Notes: generated from the sequence alone by a model not told the origin. Shown: positions 23,469 to 34,321, numbered from the stretch's first letter. The stretch is DNA of 64,000 nucleotides from Candidatus Chisholmbacteria bacterium RIFCSPHIGHO2_01_FULL_52_32 (GCA_001816585.1 MHCJ01000001.1:21538-85537), one strand, 5' to 3'. Made by a program: numbers and translations.

Positions 23469-26369
23469 ATGAAGGAAGAAGCATACGGAAAACCGCCTCC
23501 CAAAGTTGAAATTACGGACAGCCTTTCGATAGCGCTCGTTGTCTCAAGCGAAAGCTTTATCGGACCACGGCTTGCCGCGGAACTCCTTAAGCTTCCATTG
23601 AAAGTGATGTTCCTCGCACAAGGCGAAGCAGATGAAGTAAAGCATTTAGTTCCGAACGAACGCTTTGCGCTCATCCGGCAGGAAGATCTTTTCAGTCCGA
23701 AGAAAGATGAACTAACCATAAACTACATCTTTCATATTCACCAGGAAAATGGGGAAGTAGGACCAGCAAACAGCCAGCACGAACGGGAAGAGATACAAGA
23801 GATTGCTCGGAATAAACAAGCAAAATATGAAGAAATCCAAATCGCCGGCGGAGACAGGAACATCGCCAGTATCACTTCAGCTCTCGAAACGATCGAACCA
23901 AAAGAGGACAACGACAACCTCCGCTTGATCAAGGTGATAGACCCATACGGCCCCCGGATGCCATTGACAGGCGAAAGGTTCCTCGAAAAGTGTTTTCAGG
24001 GAATGAAACGGAAAGAGCTTGAAATTGTCGGAGAGGGATTAAACCCGCTCTACCCGCTGTTCGTATCGGATGCAGTGTCCGCACTCATCAAGGCCATGTT
24101 TAGCGAAAGCGCGGCAGGGAAAACCCTCATCATTGGAGGAGGAAGGGAGATCACAGCCCTCAATCTTGCCTACAAGCTTCGCGAAATGAACTTTCGCGAA
24201 ACCGGCGAGCTCGTTGCAATGAAGTTTATCAATGAACCAGACCGAAATGAAAATGAAGACGTCCTACTGTCACGCCGAGACCTGAAAGAAAAGTTGAGAG
24301 AAGCCCAAACAATCCTTGAATGGAAACCGCAAACAGAGCTCGAAGAAGGGTTGACTGAAACTCTCCGGGCAGTGAACCGGACACAACCAGAAGATACCGA
24401 GTCTCCGAAAGATACTAGCCAACCAAACAACCATAAGCGAAGACAGGAATTGAACTATCCACCAGACTTCCACGAGGGAATCAAAACTACCCTACGACCG
24501 TTGAAAAATGACAAAAGATGGAAAGTAGCAACACTCACAATGCTAGCCTTGATAATTGTGCCGCTCTTAATCCTCACACAAACAATCGGAGCGGGGATGC
24601 TCGCTTTGGCTCAAGCGACAAGGGAAGTCAAACAGGCAAACTTTTTAAGTTCCCAAAAAACCGCACAGAAGGCGACATCGCGTTTTGTACTGGCGAGACA
24701 GGAATTTCTCCTTATTGCATCGATCTTCCCAAATAAACTGAGACAAACCTCCCTCGCGCAAAGGATTGAAGAGGCGTTAACCGCAGGCGAGCTCCTCGCC
24801 CGAGCCGTAGAACATCTGGGTAAGACCGGAAGCTACGCGACGCAAACCAGAGACGTCATCCTGGGGAAGTCAGACAACCCGTTGGACGAGCAAATCGGGA
24901 AGATAGCTACCGAACTAAAGGAGCTTTTCATCAAGCTCTCTTTGATTGAAACGATCGTTGAGAATAATGCGGGAGGGAAACCAGGGATGTTGGTGGAGCC
25001 CCTCCAAGACGGTATAGAAACAATCAAAACCACGATTAAGGCAAGCAAGTCGCTAGTTCTTGATGCCCAAAAGCTCACCAATCTTTTGGGAAAGCTACTC
25101 ACACCTGGGGAAAAACAGACGTATCTCGTACTCCTCCAAAATAGTGCAGAATTACGCCCAACCGGAGGATTTATTGGGTCCTATGCCTTACTTGACTTTC
25201 AGGACGCCAAGCTCATGGGATTCACTGTTGAAGACGTCTATGTAGCGGATGGACAACTAAAAGGACACGTGGAGCCGCCCCCACCGATCAAGAAGTATTT
25301 GGGGGAGGGAGGCTGGTATCTACGGGATGCGAATTGGAATGCAGATTTCCCAACTTCGGCAAGACAGATAGAATGGTTCTTCGAAAAAGAAACTGGAACA
25401 AAGGTCGATGGAACAATTGCCATCAATCTTTATGTCGTGCGGGAATTCCTCCGCGCTCTTGGACCTGTGGAGCTGGTGGACTACCAGGCGACCATCACTC
25501 CGGATAATCTCTTTCAGATTGCGGAAACAACAAGCGAACTAAACAGCTTTCCTGGCACAACCCAAAAAAAGGACTTTCTTGGGAGTCTGTCAAGAAGTCT
25601 ATTTTTAAGGCTTCAAGAGGCTGACCCGAAGACGCTCATCCGGGTCACTCAAGCGCTCGTCACTTCTTTGGATCAAGGTCAACTGCTCATTACATCCCAT
25701 GATGGAGAAGCACAAAGAACCCTTCGCAATCTCGGTTGGGATGGCAGCTTACGGGAGGTAAACTGCAACCAGGGAGAGGGAGAAGAATCTTGTCATCCCA
25801 GCTTCTTTGCGATCAGCGAAGCGAATGTTGGGGTCAACAAGGCAAATTATTTTGTAGACAGGGCAATCACTCTGGCGCAACGCTTGCAAAGGGAACTCAC
25901 CCAAACGACCTTAACCGTTCGTTACCAGAATCACAGCCAAACGGAATCCTGGCCGGGAGGCACGTACAAGAACTATCTAAGGGTATATTTTGAGAAGGGC
26001 GGGAAAGCGGTTTCGGTTAAGGTAGATGGAGAGGAGGTAAGGCAAAACATAGACTTGGGCGTTGAGCAAGGTAAAATGGTCATCGGGTTCTTGGTTGACA
26101 TCCCCACCCAGAGCCAGAAGACGGTGGAAATCGTCTTCCAGACCGGCCCGCTCCTCATGAAAGATGGGATGGCCAAAGCAGTACTTCTGCTCCAAAAACA
26201 GCCTGGTACCCAGGATGATCCGCTGAGAGTTCAGCTCGTAAGTGAAGGGATGGCAGTGAAAAACTCAAATATTCCGTTAATGGTCACCGATCATACCGCG
26301 ACACTCACGCAAAACTTTTCAAGAGACATGAACTTGGTTGTTGAATTTGAGAAAGCCAAAGCAAAGTGA
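23469..26369 (+). CDS. DUF4012-domain membrane protein with N-terminal NAD-dependent epimerase-like region
   Basis: N-terminus has a degenerate Rossmann-like segment (ALVVSSESFIGPRLAAELL). A TM helix follows at about aa 350. C-terminal domain has QNSAELRPTGGFIGSYALLDFQD, characteristic of DUF4012. Confidence 0.6.
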   Translation: MKEEAYGKPPPKVEITDSLSIALVVSSESFIGPRLAAELLKLPLKVMFLAQGEADEVKHLVPNERFALIRQEDLFSPKKDELTINYIFHIHQENGEVGPANSQHEREEIQEIARNKQAKYEEIQIAGGDRNIASITSALETIEPKEDNDNLRLIKVIDPYGPRMPLTGERFLEKCFQGMKRKELEIVGEGLNPLYPLFVSDAVSALIKAMFSESAAGKTLIIGGGREITALNLAYKLREMNFRETGELVAMKFINEPDRNENEDVLLSRRDLKEKLREAQTILEWKPQTELEEGLTETLRAVNRTQPEDTESPKDTSQPNNHKRRQELNYPPDFHEGIKTTLRPLKNDKRWKVATLTMLALIIVPLLILTQTIGAGMLALAQATREVKQANFLSSQKTAQKATSRFVLARQEFLLIASIFPNKLRQTSLAQRIEEALTAGELLARAVEHLGKTGSYATQTRDVILGKSDNPLDEQIGKIATELKELFIKLSLIETIVENNAGGKPGMLVEPLQDGIETIKTTIKASKSLVLDAQKLTNLLGKLLTPGEKQTYLVLLQNSAELRPTGGFIGSYALLDFQDAKLMGFTVEDVYVADGQLKGHVEPPPPIKKYLGEGGWYLRDANWNADFPTSARQIEWFFEKETGTKVDGTIAINLYVVREFLRALGPVELVDYQATITPDNLFQIAETTSELNSFPGTTQKKDFLGSLSRSLFLRLQEADPKTLIRVTQALVTSLDQGQLLITSHDGEAQRTLRNLGWDGSLREVNCNQGEGEESCHPSFFAISEANVGVNKANYFVDRAITLAQRLQRELTQTTLTVRYQNHSQTESWPGGTYKNYLRVYFEKGGKAVSVKVDGEEVRQNIDLGVEQGKMVIGFLVDIPTQSQKTVEIVFQTGPLLMKDGMAKAVLLLQKQPGTQDDPLRVQLVSEGMAVKNSNIPLMVTDHTATLTQNFSRDMNLVVEFEKAKAK

Positions 26370-26404
26370 TAGAATGACACGTCCAAAGAAAGGCTAAGGC
26401 AATA

Positions 26405-27103
26405 ATGGCACAAGTAATGCTTCAGGCTCAAAAGAGACAAATTCTTGGGAGGAAAGTGAAAGCCCTTCGAAAAGCGGGAACGCTTCCCGCCAGCGTCTAT
26501 GGCAAAAAGGTGAAGTCCCTTCCGGTTCAAGTACAGGCCGTGGATTTTGACAAGGTGTTCGCCGCAACGGGCGAGACTGGAATTATTCAGTTAAAGATCG
26601 AGAAAGAGAAAGAAACACGCCCAGTCCTCGCCAAAAACCGACAGAAAGACCCCGTCACAGACAAAATCATCCACATCGACTTTCATCAGGTAGACTTGAA
26701 AGAAAAAGTAACGGTTGCAATCCCAATTGAAACAGCAGGGGAGTCTCCTGCTGTCAAGGAAAAGAGCGCCGTCCTCGTGATGGTATTGGACGAGGTAAAG
26801 GTTGAGGCCCTCCCGCAAGATCTTCCCGAAAAATTTGTGGTTGATATCTCCGGCCTGAAAGAGTTTAACGAAAGTATCCTCGTGAAGGATCTAAAAGTTG
26901 ATCGGCAGAAAGTCAAAATGCTCGCTGACGAGGGAGAAACGGTAGTAATGGTTCAGCAGCCCAAGGAAGAGGTTGAAAAACAACCACCTTCGGTCGAAGC
27001 AGAAGCGGTTCCCGTAGAAGGTGAAGCGGAAATCAAAACCCAGGGAGAAGGAAAGGAACCTCCCCAAGAGAAAAAAGAGGAGAATCAGAAAAAAGAAGGG
27101 TAA
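26405..27103 (+). CDS. rplY: 50S ribosomal protein L25/general stress protein Ctc
   Basis: GRKVKALRKAGTLPASVYG...DPVTDKIIHIDFHQV; acidic C-terminal extension. Confidence 0.8.
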   Translation: MAQVMLQAQKRQILGRKVKALRKAGTLPASVYGKKVKSLPVQVQAVDFDKVFAATGETGIIQLKIEKEKETRPVLAKNRQKDPVTDKIIHIDFHQVDLKEKVTVAIPIETAGESPAVKEKSAVLVMVLDEVKVEALPQDLPEKFVVDISGLKEFNESILVKDLKVDRQKVKMLADEGETVVMVQQPKEEVEKQPPSVEAEAVPVEGEAEIKTQGEGKEPPQEKKEENQKKEG

Positions 27104-27159
27104 TTGCATCAACTTCTCCAGGAAAACTCCTGTGTGCCGTGCCAAAAAGGAGCGCCAAG

Positions 27160-27690
27160 CTAGATTCCCATTCCTAAGAGAACCCCTATTTCTAAAACTT
27201 CCGGATGATTGGGATCAAGTTCCCGCGCCAGACGCCAATAGGAAGACGCAAGCTGCAAATCCGAGAGCCTGTAGGACTGAATCGCCATTCGAAGGTAGAG
27301 ATCGCGTGAACCGGGATAGCGGTTTACGACCTTCTTGAGGTTATCGATTTCTTGAGTGATAGTCCGCTCTGCAAAGACGAAAGTGCCAACCTCCTCAAAC
27401 CGACTGCTGATCCCGCGGATCGAAGGTTGAGAGCTGTTAAGAAGGGTGATGGCGCGGTCGAACTCTCTCCGAGCCAAACTGGTGTCTAAAGCTTCTGCGG
27501 CGAGTTCCGAGAGTCGAAGATGGGCGTTGGGGTCCCGTGGTCTCAAAAGCACAACCAATTTGGCACGCTCAAAGGTAGTAAGGGGAGACAGGATATTCAA
27601 AAGCCAAATAAAGAAGATAAGACCGACAAGCCCGACTTTTTTGACAGGGGGAAGAATGAAGCTGAGTTGGTTGAGGGTCTTTATTTCCAT
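27160..27690 (-). CDS. hypothetical membrane-anchored protein (TPR-like helical repeats)
   Basis: N-terminal TM (VGLVGLIFFIWLLNIL) followed by a helical repeat region. Confidence 0.4.
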   Translation of the reverse strand: MEIKTLNQLSFILPPVKKVGLVGLIFFIWLLNILSPLTTFERAKLVVLLRPRDPNAHLRLSELAAEALDTSLARREFDRAITLLNSSQPSIRGISSRFEEVGTFVFAERTITQEIDNLKKVVNRYPGSRDLYLRMAIQSYRLSDLQLASSYWRLARELDPNHPEVLEIGVLLGMGI

Positions 27691-27714
27691 AATTTCCTAT
27701 GATACCGTTATTCT

Positions 27715-28245
27715 GTGATGGATCAAGAAACAGAGAAAAACGACCCCTCTTTTTGGGAGAAGCCGAAAGGAAAGACATCGACCAATCAGGGATATAAGAT
27801 TGACAACCGACGAATAGAAAGCCTTAAACAAGGGTTTCTTTTTGGTATTTCCGCAAGCGACCTCTTTATTCTTCTTGCCGCTCTCCTGGCGGTCATTGTC
27901 CTCCAGGTGGGCCCAAAAGCTTTTGAAGCACTCGAGACTTCGTCCCAAATAACGGAAAATGGGAATGAAGAGGGGGCGGGTTTTGCGGCGCCCACGCTCC
28001 CACCAGGAGCACCACAGGATCAAGCGACGGAAAGTGGAACCGGGAAAGTAACTTCGGAAAAGGTGGTGTGCAAAACCCCGCGTCCAGAGGTTTGTACGCA
28101 GGAATGTCTGACGGGTCCACCGTACATCTGTGGATCAGGCGGAAGAGCGCATTGCAGCCCTTGCCAAGCGTGTGCGGATCCGAATGTCGCCTGGTACGTA
28201 CTTCAATCTACTCCGTGCGGGGAAGCAGTGAACCCTTCGCTCTAA
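27715..28245 (+). CDS. hypothetical membrane protein with Cys-rich C-terminal domain
   Basis: TM segment FLFGISASDLFILLAALLAVIVL. Eleven Cys in the last 70 aa. Confidence 0.4.
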   Translation: MMDQETEKNDPSFWEKPKGKTSTNQGYKIDNRRIESLKQGFLFGISASDLFILLAALLAVIVLQVGPKAFEALETSSQITENGNEEGAGFAAPTLPPGAPQDQATESGTGKVTSEKVVCKTPRPEVCTQECLTGPPYICGSGGRAHCSPCQACADPNVAWYVLQSTPCGEAVNPSL

Positions 28246-28372
28246 ATGGAGCCCCAGGGCAAGCCCGTGGTACCGTCTACAACGCCCCTCCGGGGCGACA
28301 TCCTGAGCGAAGAACCCACTGCTAAAGCGGTGGTCCGAGTCGAAGGATCGAAAACATAAACCACCCTGCCAG

Positions 28373-30592
28373 TCATGACCGCTGAATACGTTTTGGCCAG
28401 GCGGACGAAAGGAGAAGCTTGGATTTAAGGAGGCGCTTTCTTTGAGTGTCAGGAAGAGCCCGCGCCACCTCCTGATAGCAAGCTTCGCTGACGAAGGGAA
28501 CGAAAGGATGAAGGAGTTTTAAGAATATCACCAGTCCCTCAAGAAGTGCCCCAAAAGAGAGGCTGCCCTTTTTCTGCCGCTCGATGCAGTCGTCACAGAA
28601 CCAATGCCAAAATTCGTTATAGAGCCCCTCAGCCGCCCTCCCCAGTTGATAGGTCTCAAATTGTTGTGTTGTTTGCGAAATAAGCTGAGCCAAGTGGTCA
28701 AAATATGGTGTATCTTGGCCGGCCGCCTTGTACCGGATCGCCCCGTTTTCTGATTTCAGAGTAAGGAGAATGAAGCGAACCGCGTTCCAAATTTTGTTGG
28801 AAAAATTGCGATACCCGCGAATCCGATCATCCATCTGTGCCTTCGAGATAGACAGGTCGTTACCAGGATCCCTCCCGGCCAAGAGACCCATGCGCGTTGC
28901 ATCCGCGCCATACTTTTGAATCGTCTCCAGCGGATCAACTCCGTTCCCTTTGGATTTACTCATCTTTTGCCCCTTTTCGTCCCGTAGGACGCCATTGATA
29001 AGCGCGACCGTAAAGGGCACCTCACCGGAAAGATAGAGGCCAAACATGATCATCCGTGCTACCCATAAAAACAGGATCTCATAAGCGGTGTTCATGACCG
29101 AAGTCGGATAAAACAGCTCAAAATCACCCTTCTTGCTCGTCTTGAGTGTAGTAATCGGCCACTGACCGGAGGAAAACCAAGTGTCAAAGGTGTCTGGATC
29201 TTGCACAATATCCTTCCCGCCGCATCGAGGGCAGATGTCGGGCTTTCCGATGGAAACGATCGGGTCTTCCAGAGCATCGATCCTTGCCCGCGGGTCGCCC
29301 TCAAGGAGCAATCCAAACTCCGCCTTCGCAGCCGCAGTTTTTTGAGACTCCCGACAGTACCAGACTGGGAGTTGATGTCCCCACCAAATTTGCCTTGAGA
29401 TGGGCCAATCGCGCACATTCCGCATCCAGGAAAAGAACATCTTTGCAAACTTTTTGGGGATGATCGTTGTTTTTCCGTCCCTGACCGCTGAAACGGCAGC
29501 TTTGGTCAAGGAACCGACCTTCACGAACCACTGCCGCGAGACCAAAGGTTCAATTGTGGTTCCGCAGCGCTCACAACGAGCCACGGAATGCGTATAAGAA
29601 GAATCAACCTTTTCCACCATTCCACGCGCCTCCATATCTGCGACAACGCGTCTTCGTGCGTCTTGAGCCTTCATCCCTTGATAGGGGCCGGTCAGCTCGT
29701 TGAGCCTCCCGTCGAAGTCAATGACCGTTCGAACTTCAAGATGATGTCGTTGACCGATTTCCCAATCTACGGCATCGTGGCCAGGGGTAACCTTCACGAC
29801 ACCGGTCCCGAATTTTGGATCTACCGCCCGATCGGCAACGACCTGAAGGGTACGCGGTCCGAGCAGGGTTTCAAAGGTGAATTGCTTGTCGATGAATTTT
29901 TTGTAGCGCCGATCGTCGGGGTGCACGGCCAAAGCGGTATCCCCGAACTTCGTCTCTGGCCGTACCGTTGCCAAAGTAAACGGACCGTACTTAATATAAT
30001 AGAGTGGATCGGTCCGTTCTTCCCAGTCAAGCTCAAGCTCGGAGAGGGTGCTTCGGCATCGGGGGCACCAGTTGACAATCCGATACCCACGATAAACGAG
30101 ACCTTCATTGTACATCCGGATAAACGTTTCAAGCACAATCCGGGAAACCTGAGGATCCAAAGTGAACTTCTCCCTACTCCAATCACAACTGGCTCCCAGA
30201 GCCCGTAACTGTCCCTCCATGGTTGATTTATTTTGCATACAAAAGTCGAAGCAGGCTCGGTAGAAGGCCGCTCTCCCAAGCTCATAGCGAGTCTTTCCCG
30301 TATTCTTGAGTAAAGTTTTTTCAAAAGTCACTTGGGTTAAGATCCCCGCGTGATCCACACCGGGGAGCCACAAAGTAGCCTCTCCTTTCATTCGGTGGTA
30401 ACGGATGAGGGCATCAGAGACTGCCACAAAGGTGGCATGACCAAGGTGGAGCTCGCCATTCGCATTGGGAGGAGGCATGATGATGCAAAAAGGAGGCTTG
30501 GTTGAGTCCTTAGCCGGAGAGAAGGCCCCACTTTTCTCCCACAGGAGGTAGAGAGGCGCCTCATGGGTGGTATGGTTGTACCGCTTTTCCAT
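28373..30592 (-). CDS. valS: valine--tRNA ligase (compact form, 739 aa)
   Basis: HIGH motif PPPNANGELHLGHA; KMSKS motif KMSKSKGN. Editing-domain and anticodon-binding regions present. Lacks the long C-terminal coiled coil. Confidence 0.9.
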   Translation of the reverse strand: MEKRYNHTTHEAPLYLLWEKSGAFSPAKDSTKPPFCIIMPPPNANGELHLGHATFVAVSDALIRYHRMKGEATLWLPGVDHAGILTQVTFEKTLLKNTGKTRYELGRAAFYRACFDFCMQNKSTMEGQLRALGASCDWSREKFTLDPQVSRIVLETFIRMYNEGLVYRGYRIVNWCPRCRSTLSELELDWEERTDPLYYIKYGPFTLATVRPETKFGDTALAVHPDDRRYKKFIDKQFTFETLLGPRTLQVVADRAVDPKFGTGVVKVTPGHDAVDWEIGQRHHLEVRTVIDFDGRLNELTGPYQGMKAQDARRRVVADMEARGMVEKVDSSYTHSVARCERCGTTIEPLVSRQWFVKVGSLTKAAVSAVRDGKTTIIPKKFAKMFFSWMRNVRDWPISRQIWWGHQLPVWYCRESQKTAAAKAEFGLLLEGDPRARIDALEDPIVSIGKPDICPRCGGKDIVQDPDTFDTWFSSGQWPITTLKTSKKGDFELFYPTSVMNTAYEILFLWVARMIMFGLYLSGEVPFTVALINGVLRDEKGQKMSKSKGNGVDPLETIQKYGADATRMGLLAGRDPGNDLSISKAQMDDRIRGYRNFSNKIWNAVRFILLTLKSENGAIRYKAAGQDTPYFDHLAQLISQTTQQFETYQLGRAAEGLYNEFWHWFCDDCIERQKKGSLSFGALLEGLVIFLKLLHPFVPFVSEACYQEVARALPDTQRKRLLKSKLLLSSAWPKRIQRS

Positions 30593-30691
30593 GTCTCATA
30601 TTATAGCGAAGAACAAGACAGAAAACCCGCTAGATAGAGAGTGTCATTATCTCGCCGAAGTTTCCAAGCTGAGGATACAGCACAGAAGAGA

Positions 30692-32488
30692 TCAGACTCC
30701 AGTCCCTCGTAAAAACACGCTTTGCCACGGCCGGTAGACAGAATAGAAAGTTTTCTCAAACAGAAGAGTTCCATCCCGCTCGACACGATAGTCGAATTTT
30801 ACCTTTGCTCCCCAGGCTTTCCAGTCAACCTGCTTAAGTGTTCCCAAAGGTAAGGTCGGATCGTCTTGGTAGAGGTCGGGGGGCGGGGGAGTCACATCCC
30901 ACATCCGGTAATTCGAGATGGTTGCCGTTCTTGCATCGGAGGATCCGTAGATCTCAATAACTAAAAGGTTGCTTGCGGTATTGACGCTGGTTTGTATCAA
31001 AAGGTGTCCGGGCGTGTCGTTCAGGAAGGTAAAGTCGGTGGTGGGAGAAAAGACAGTAGCATCGAACCCTGCTTTACTGTTTTGTTCGTAGTAGCCGACC
31101 CGGTAGCTGTGGGCCCGCCGCGCCACGACAGGGAGTCCGGCATCCAAGACCGCACGGAACAGGGTTGTGGACACCTGACATACCCCCCCTCCATCATCCA
31201 GGATGGTTTGGCCATCTTTGATGATGTAGGCTTGTCGAAAGCCGGTTGCCGAAGAAACATCACCAACCCACCGGTTGAAAGAAAAAGTCTCCGAAGGAGG
31301 AATTAAAATACCATTGATCCGTGAGGCTGCCAGGGAAATGTTGTACTTCCGATTGGCGATGGACCCATTGAAAGTGGACAATCCTTCTCCGAGCTTTTCC
31401 CGGATTCCGAGGCTATTCACGTCTGCGGTGGTAATCGCAGGCTTGCTGACAGTAACAGGCAGGACAACCGAAATCTCCTTCTCCTCGCTGGAATCCAAAC
31501 TTAAAAAGGCATTTTGGAGCTGTTCGGTGGTTTCTCCGACCGGCAGCGAAAATCCCGGTTTTTCTGGCGAGAATTCGACAACGCGTCCTCCATCGAACCG
31601 AAAGGTAGCATTGGTAGGCGGTCGATTGATGCTCGACGCTAAACTTGCCGAATAGGAAGCAATTTTTTCTCGGTTGAAACCGCCATCAAAGGAGAGGAAA
31701 TGAACGAGGTCCAAATCGGAAAGCTCCCAGGTTTTCACCGGAGCCTCACCAGCTTCTGCAAATGAAAGCACCGCACGTTTACCGAGCAACTTCTCTGCGC
31801 GGGCCATGGTAAGGTTGATATCAAAACCCAGAGAGGCAGGCTCCGGAAGGATAGGGATTGTTATCGGTGATTGGGACAGGGAGGAGAAGCGCTCAAGGAT
31901 TTCTCGGCGGAAAGAGGAAACATCGACGGATTGACCAGCTTCTCCTGGCTCAACCACAATGCGCGAACCGGTTGTTGGGTCCGCTCGATCGAGGACGATG
32001 ATGGAAGGGGGAATGACCGGGACATCAAGCGCCGAAGCCACAGCCGAAAGCGAGGCTTCAAGGGCCTGATCATCGAAAGCGTACGAAAGAGGCAGGTCAA
32101 CCCCACGCAGGGATGCACGAAGGAACTCGGGGATGGTCAAAAGGGTATTCCGCCGACCGAACCAGAAAGCAGAAGCCACTGTTTCAGGGATCCCATAGCG
32201 CAACTTGATGTCGGACGGCAAAAGCAGGAATGTGCGATCTGAAAAGAGACTAACGGAAGCCGTAAGGAATGATTGCGTGCGTTGTTCAAGAAGAAGTGAC
32301 GCCTCCGAACGAGAAAGGTTTCCCACGGGGATGCCGGCAATGGAGATACCCGGAAAGATGCTTCCTCGCAGGAAAACTCCAATTGCGGTAAAAAGGAAGA
32401 AGAAGACAAACAATGGGAATGCGAAAAGACCGATTACGCGCATACGGAGTGTTTTTCGAAAAGGGGACCAAAACTGCTTAGTCGTCAT
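30692..32488 (-). CDS. VanW-family protein
   Basis: N-terminal TM. VanW-domain core GGGVCQVSTTLFRAVLDAGLPVV. Confidence 0.75.
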   Translation of the reverse strand: MTTKQFWSPFRKTLRMRVIGLFAFPLFVFFFLFTAIGVFLRGSIFPGISIAGIPVGNLSRSEASLLLEQRTQSFLTASVSLFSDRTFLLLPSDIKLRYGIPETVASAFWFGRRNTLLTIPEFLRASLRGVDLPLSYAFDDQALEASLSAVASALDVPVIPPSIIVLDRADPTTGSRIVVEPGEAGQSVDVSSFRREILERFSSLSQSPITIPILPEPASLGFDINLTMARAEKLLGKRAVLSFAEAGEAPVKTWELSDLDLVHFLSFDGGFNREKIASYSASLASSINRPPTNATFRFDGGRVVEFSPEKPGFSLPVGETTEQLQNAFLSLDSSEEKEISVVLPVTVSKPAITTADVNSLGIREKLGEGLSTFNGSIANRKYNISLAASRINGILIPPSETFSFNRWVGDVSSATGFRQAYIIKDGQTILDDGGGVCQVSTTLFRAVLDAGLPVVARRAHSYRVGYYEQNSKAGFDATVFSPTTDFTFLNDTPGHLLIQTSVNTASNLLVIEIYGSSDARTATISNYRMWDVTPPPPDLYQDDPTLPLGTLKQVDWKAWGAKVKFDYRVERDGTLLFEKTFYSVYRPWQSVFLRGTGV

Positions 32489-32567
32489 CTCGCTGAAATG
32501 ATAACATGCTTGCGCTGAAAGTTTACCAAGTGATATGATGAGTTCAATGTCGCAAAACTATGTCATA

Positions 32568-32605
32568 AACTTTGCACTTTTCACTTTAAACTTTTAACTG
32601 TTATT
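32568..32605 (+). promoter_or_regulatory. recurrent upstream motif copy E (AAACTTTGCACTTTTCACTTTAAACTTTTAACTGTTATT)
   Basis: Ends directly at ATG 32606. No SD. Confidence 0.45.
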
Positions 32606-34321
32606 ATGCCTGACCCGCAAGATAAAACACCCCCGCGCCTCACCCAGCCAAGCCTCACTGCACTTCCCAAAGAAGAACCTTCCCCGGGGAAGTTGGAAGA
32701 AACGATAGACAAACCCCAACCGGAACCGCGGACCCCGGAACCCCTCAAGAACTTCCCGCCCGAGGAAAGGCTGGGTAAATCGCAAGCCCCATGGGGAATG
32801 GGGGAGAGAAAAAAGGAAGAGGGAGAACCAACCCAACCCATAAAGGAGAATGCCAACCTGATGCCTCAAGAAACAAAGGTTGAGGTTGAAACGGGGGGGC
32901 CGATACAACCAATAGAAGCTCCCGCGCCTTACCAGCCTCCAGCAATTCAACCCATGGGGAATCTTGGAGATAGCTCTCCACCAACCGAAAGCCCAGAAGT
33001 AAAGCCTCCAAAGAGAGGAGAAGGGTTGAAAAAAATTCTGGTCCTACTCGCGGTGGCAATCCTCGCATTGGGGATGGGATTCTTGATAGTGGGTGTTCTC
33101 ATCCCAAGGCTTAAATCCCTGAAGGTGCCCGGCTTGCCAGGAAGAGAGGTGACCCTCAAATATTGGGGCCTGTGGGAAACCAGCGCAGCGATGGAGAGCC
33201 TGATAGCAGAATTCAACCAGGAACACCCCGAGATTAAAGTGGAATATGTCCAACAAAGCCACAAAGATTACAGAGAAAGGTTGCAATCTGCCATAGCCAG
33301 GGGTGAAGGCCCGGACATCTTCCGCTTTCACAGTACCTGGGTCCCGATGTTAAAGGACGACCTCGATGCGGTGCCTCCTGAAGCGTTTAACGCCGCCAGC
33401 TTTCAAGAGGTTTTCTATCCGGTGGTTGCAAAGGATCTTCGTCGTGGGGCAAACTTTGTTGGAATTCCCTTGGAAATCGACGGATTAGCCCTCTTCGTAA
33501 ACTCTCGCCTCCTCAAAGCAGCCGGGAAATCTCCTCCCACAACCTGGGAAGAACTAAGGCAAACCGCCTTTGATCTGACAATCAGGGATGCTTCGGGGCG
33601 TATCCAGACGGCCGGGGTTGCGCTTGGCACAACCAACAACATCGACCATTGGCCGGACATTTTGGCCCTCATGATGCTTCAGAATGGAGTCGATTTGACC
33701 GATCCCACAGACAAGCTTGCCGTAGATGCCCTCCTCTTCTACACCATCTACGCCAGATCGGATAAGGTCTGGGACGAATCGCAAGCAAATTCAACCCAAG
33801 CCTTTGCCTCGGAGAAAGTGGCGATGTATTTTGGACCATCGTGGAGGGTGCTCGACATGAAGGCGTTAAATCCGGAGTTGGAGTTCACCGTCCATCCCGT
33901 GCCACAGTTGCCCAATTCCAACATTACTTGGGCATCGTATTGGGTAGAAGGGGTCTCGGCAAAAAGCGAACAGAAAAATCAAGCCTGGGAATTTGTAAAG
34001 TTTCTCTCATCAAAGGAAACCTTGGAAAAGCTCTATGCCCAAGCGACAAAAGAGCGACCGATTGGGGAACCATACGCACGTACGGATATGAAGGATCTTC
34101 TCAAGGATGATCCCTACGTGGGAGCCTACATTCTTCAGGCGCCTGCCGCGAGGTCCTGGTATCTTTCTTCAGCCACACACGACAATGGGATAAACGACAG
34201 GATTATCAAGTACATGGAGGATGCGGTCAACGCGGTCAACGAAAAAGCCGACCCACAGCGCTCTCTCGATACTGCCTCCCAGGGCATTTCCCAAATTCTC
34301 TCCCAGTACGGGGTAAAATAG
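32606..34321 (+). CDS. extracellular solute-binding protein (ABC transporter family-1 SBP) with Pro-rich N-terminal region and membrane anchor
   Basis: TM helix ILVLLAVAILALGMGFLIVGVLI. SBP_bac_1-like sequence follows (LKYWGLWETSAAMESLIAEFNQEHPEIKVEYVQ...). Confidence 0.7.
   Translation: MPDPQDKTPPRLTQPSLTALPKEEPSPGKLEETIDKPQPEPRTPEPLKNFPPEERLGKSQAPWGMGERKKEEGEPTQPIKENANLMPQETKVEVETGGPIQPIEAPAPYQPPAIQPMGNLGDSSPPTESPEVKPPKRGEGLKKILVLLAVAILALGMGFLIVGVLIPRLKSLKVPGLPGREVTLKYWGLWETSAAMESLIAEFNQEHPEIKVEYVQQSHKDYRERLQSAIARGEGPDIFRFHSTWVPMLKDDLDAVPPEAFNAASFQEVFYPVVAKDLRRGANFVGIPLEIDGLALFVNSRLLKAAGKSPPTTWEELRQTAFDLTIRDASGRIQTAGVALGTTNNIDHWPDILALMMLQNGVDLTDPTDKLAVDALLFYTIYARSDKVWDESQANSTQAFASEKVAMYFGPSWRVLDMKALNPELEFTVHPVPQLPNSNITWASYWVEGVSAKSEQKNQAWEFVKFLSSKETLEKLYAQATKERPIGEPYARTDMKDLLKDDPYVGAYILQAPAARSWYLSSATHDNGINDRIIKYMEDAVNAVNEKADPQRSLDTASQGISQILSQYGVK

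Noticed and set aside
27715-28245. Possible prepilin-like N-terminus (GFLFGISASDLFILLAALLAVIVL)
   Set aside because: Lacks the canonical G/F-T-L-I-E cleavage motif with Glu at +5. More consistent with an ordinary TM anchor.
28283-28297. Palindrome CGCCCC-TCC-GGGGCG between convergent genes, as a possible bidirectional terminator
   Set aside because: No flanking U-tract on either strand. Left as an unscored hairpin.
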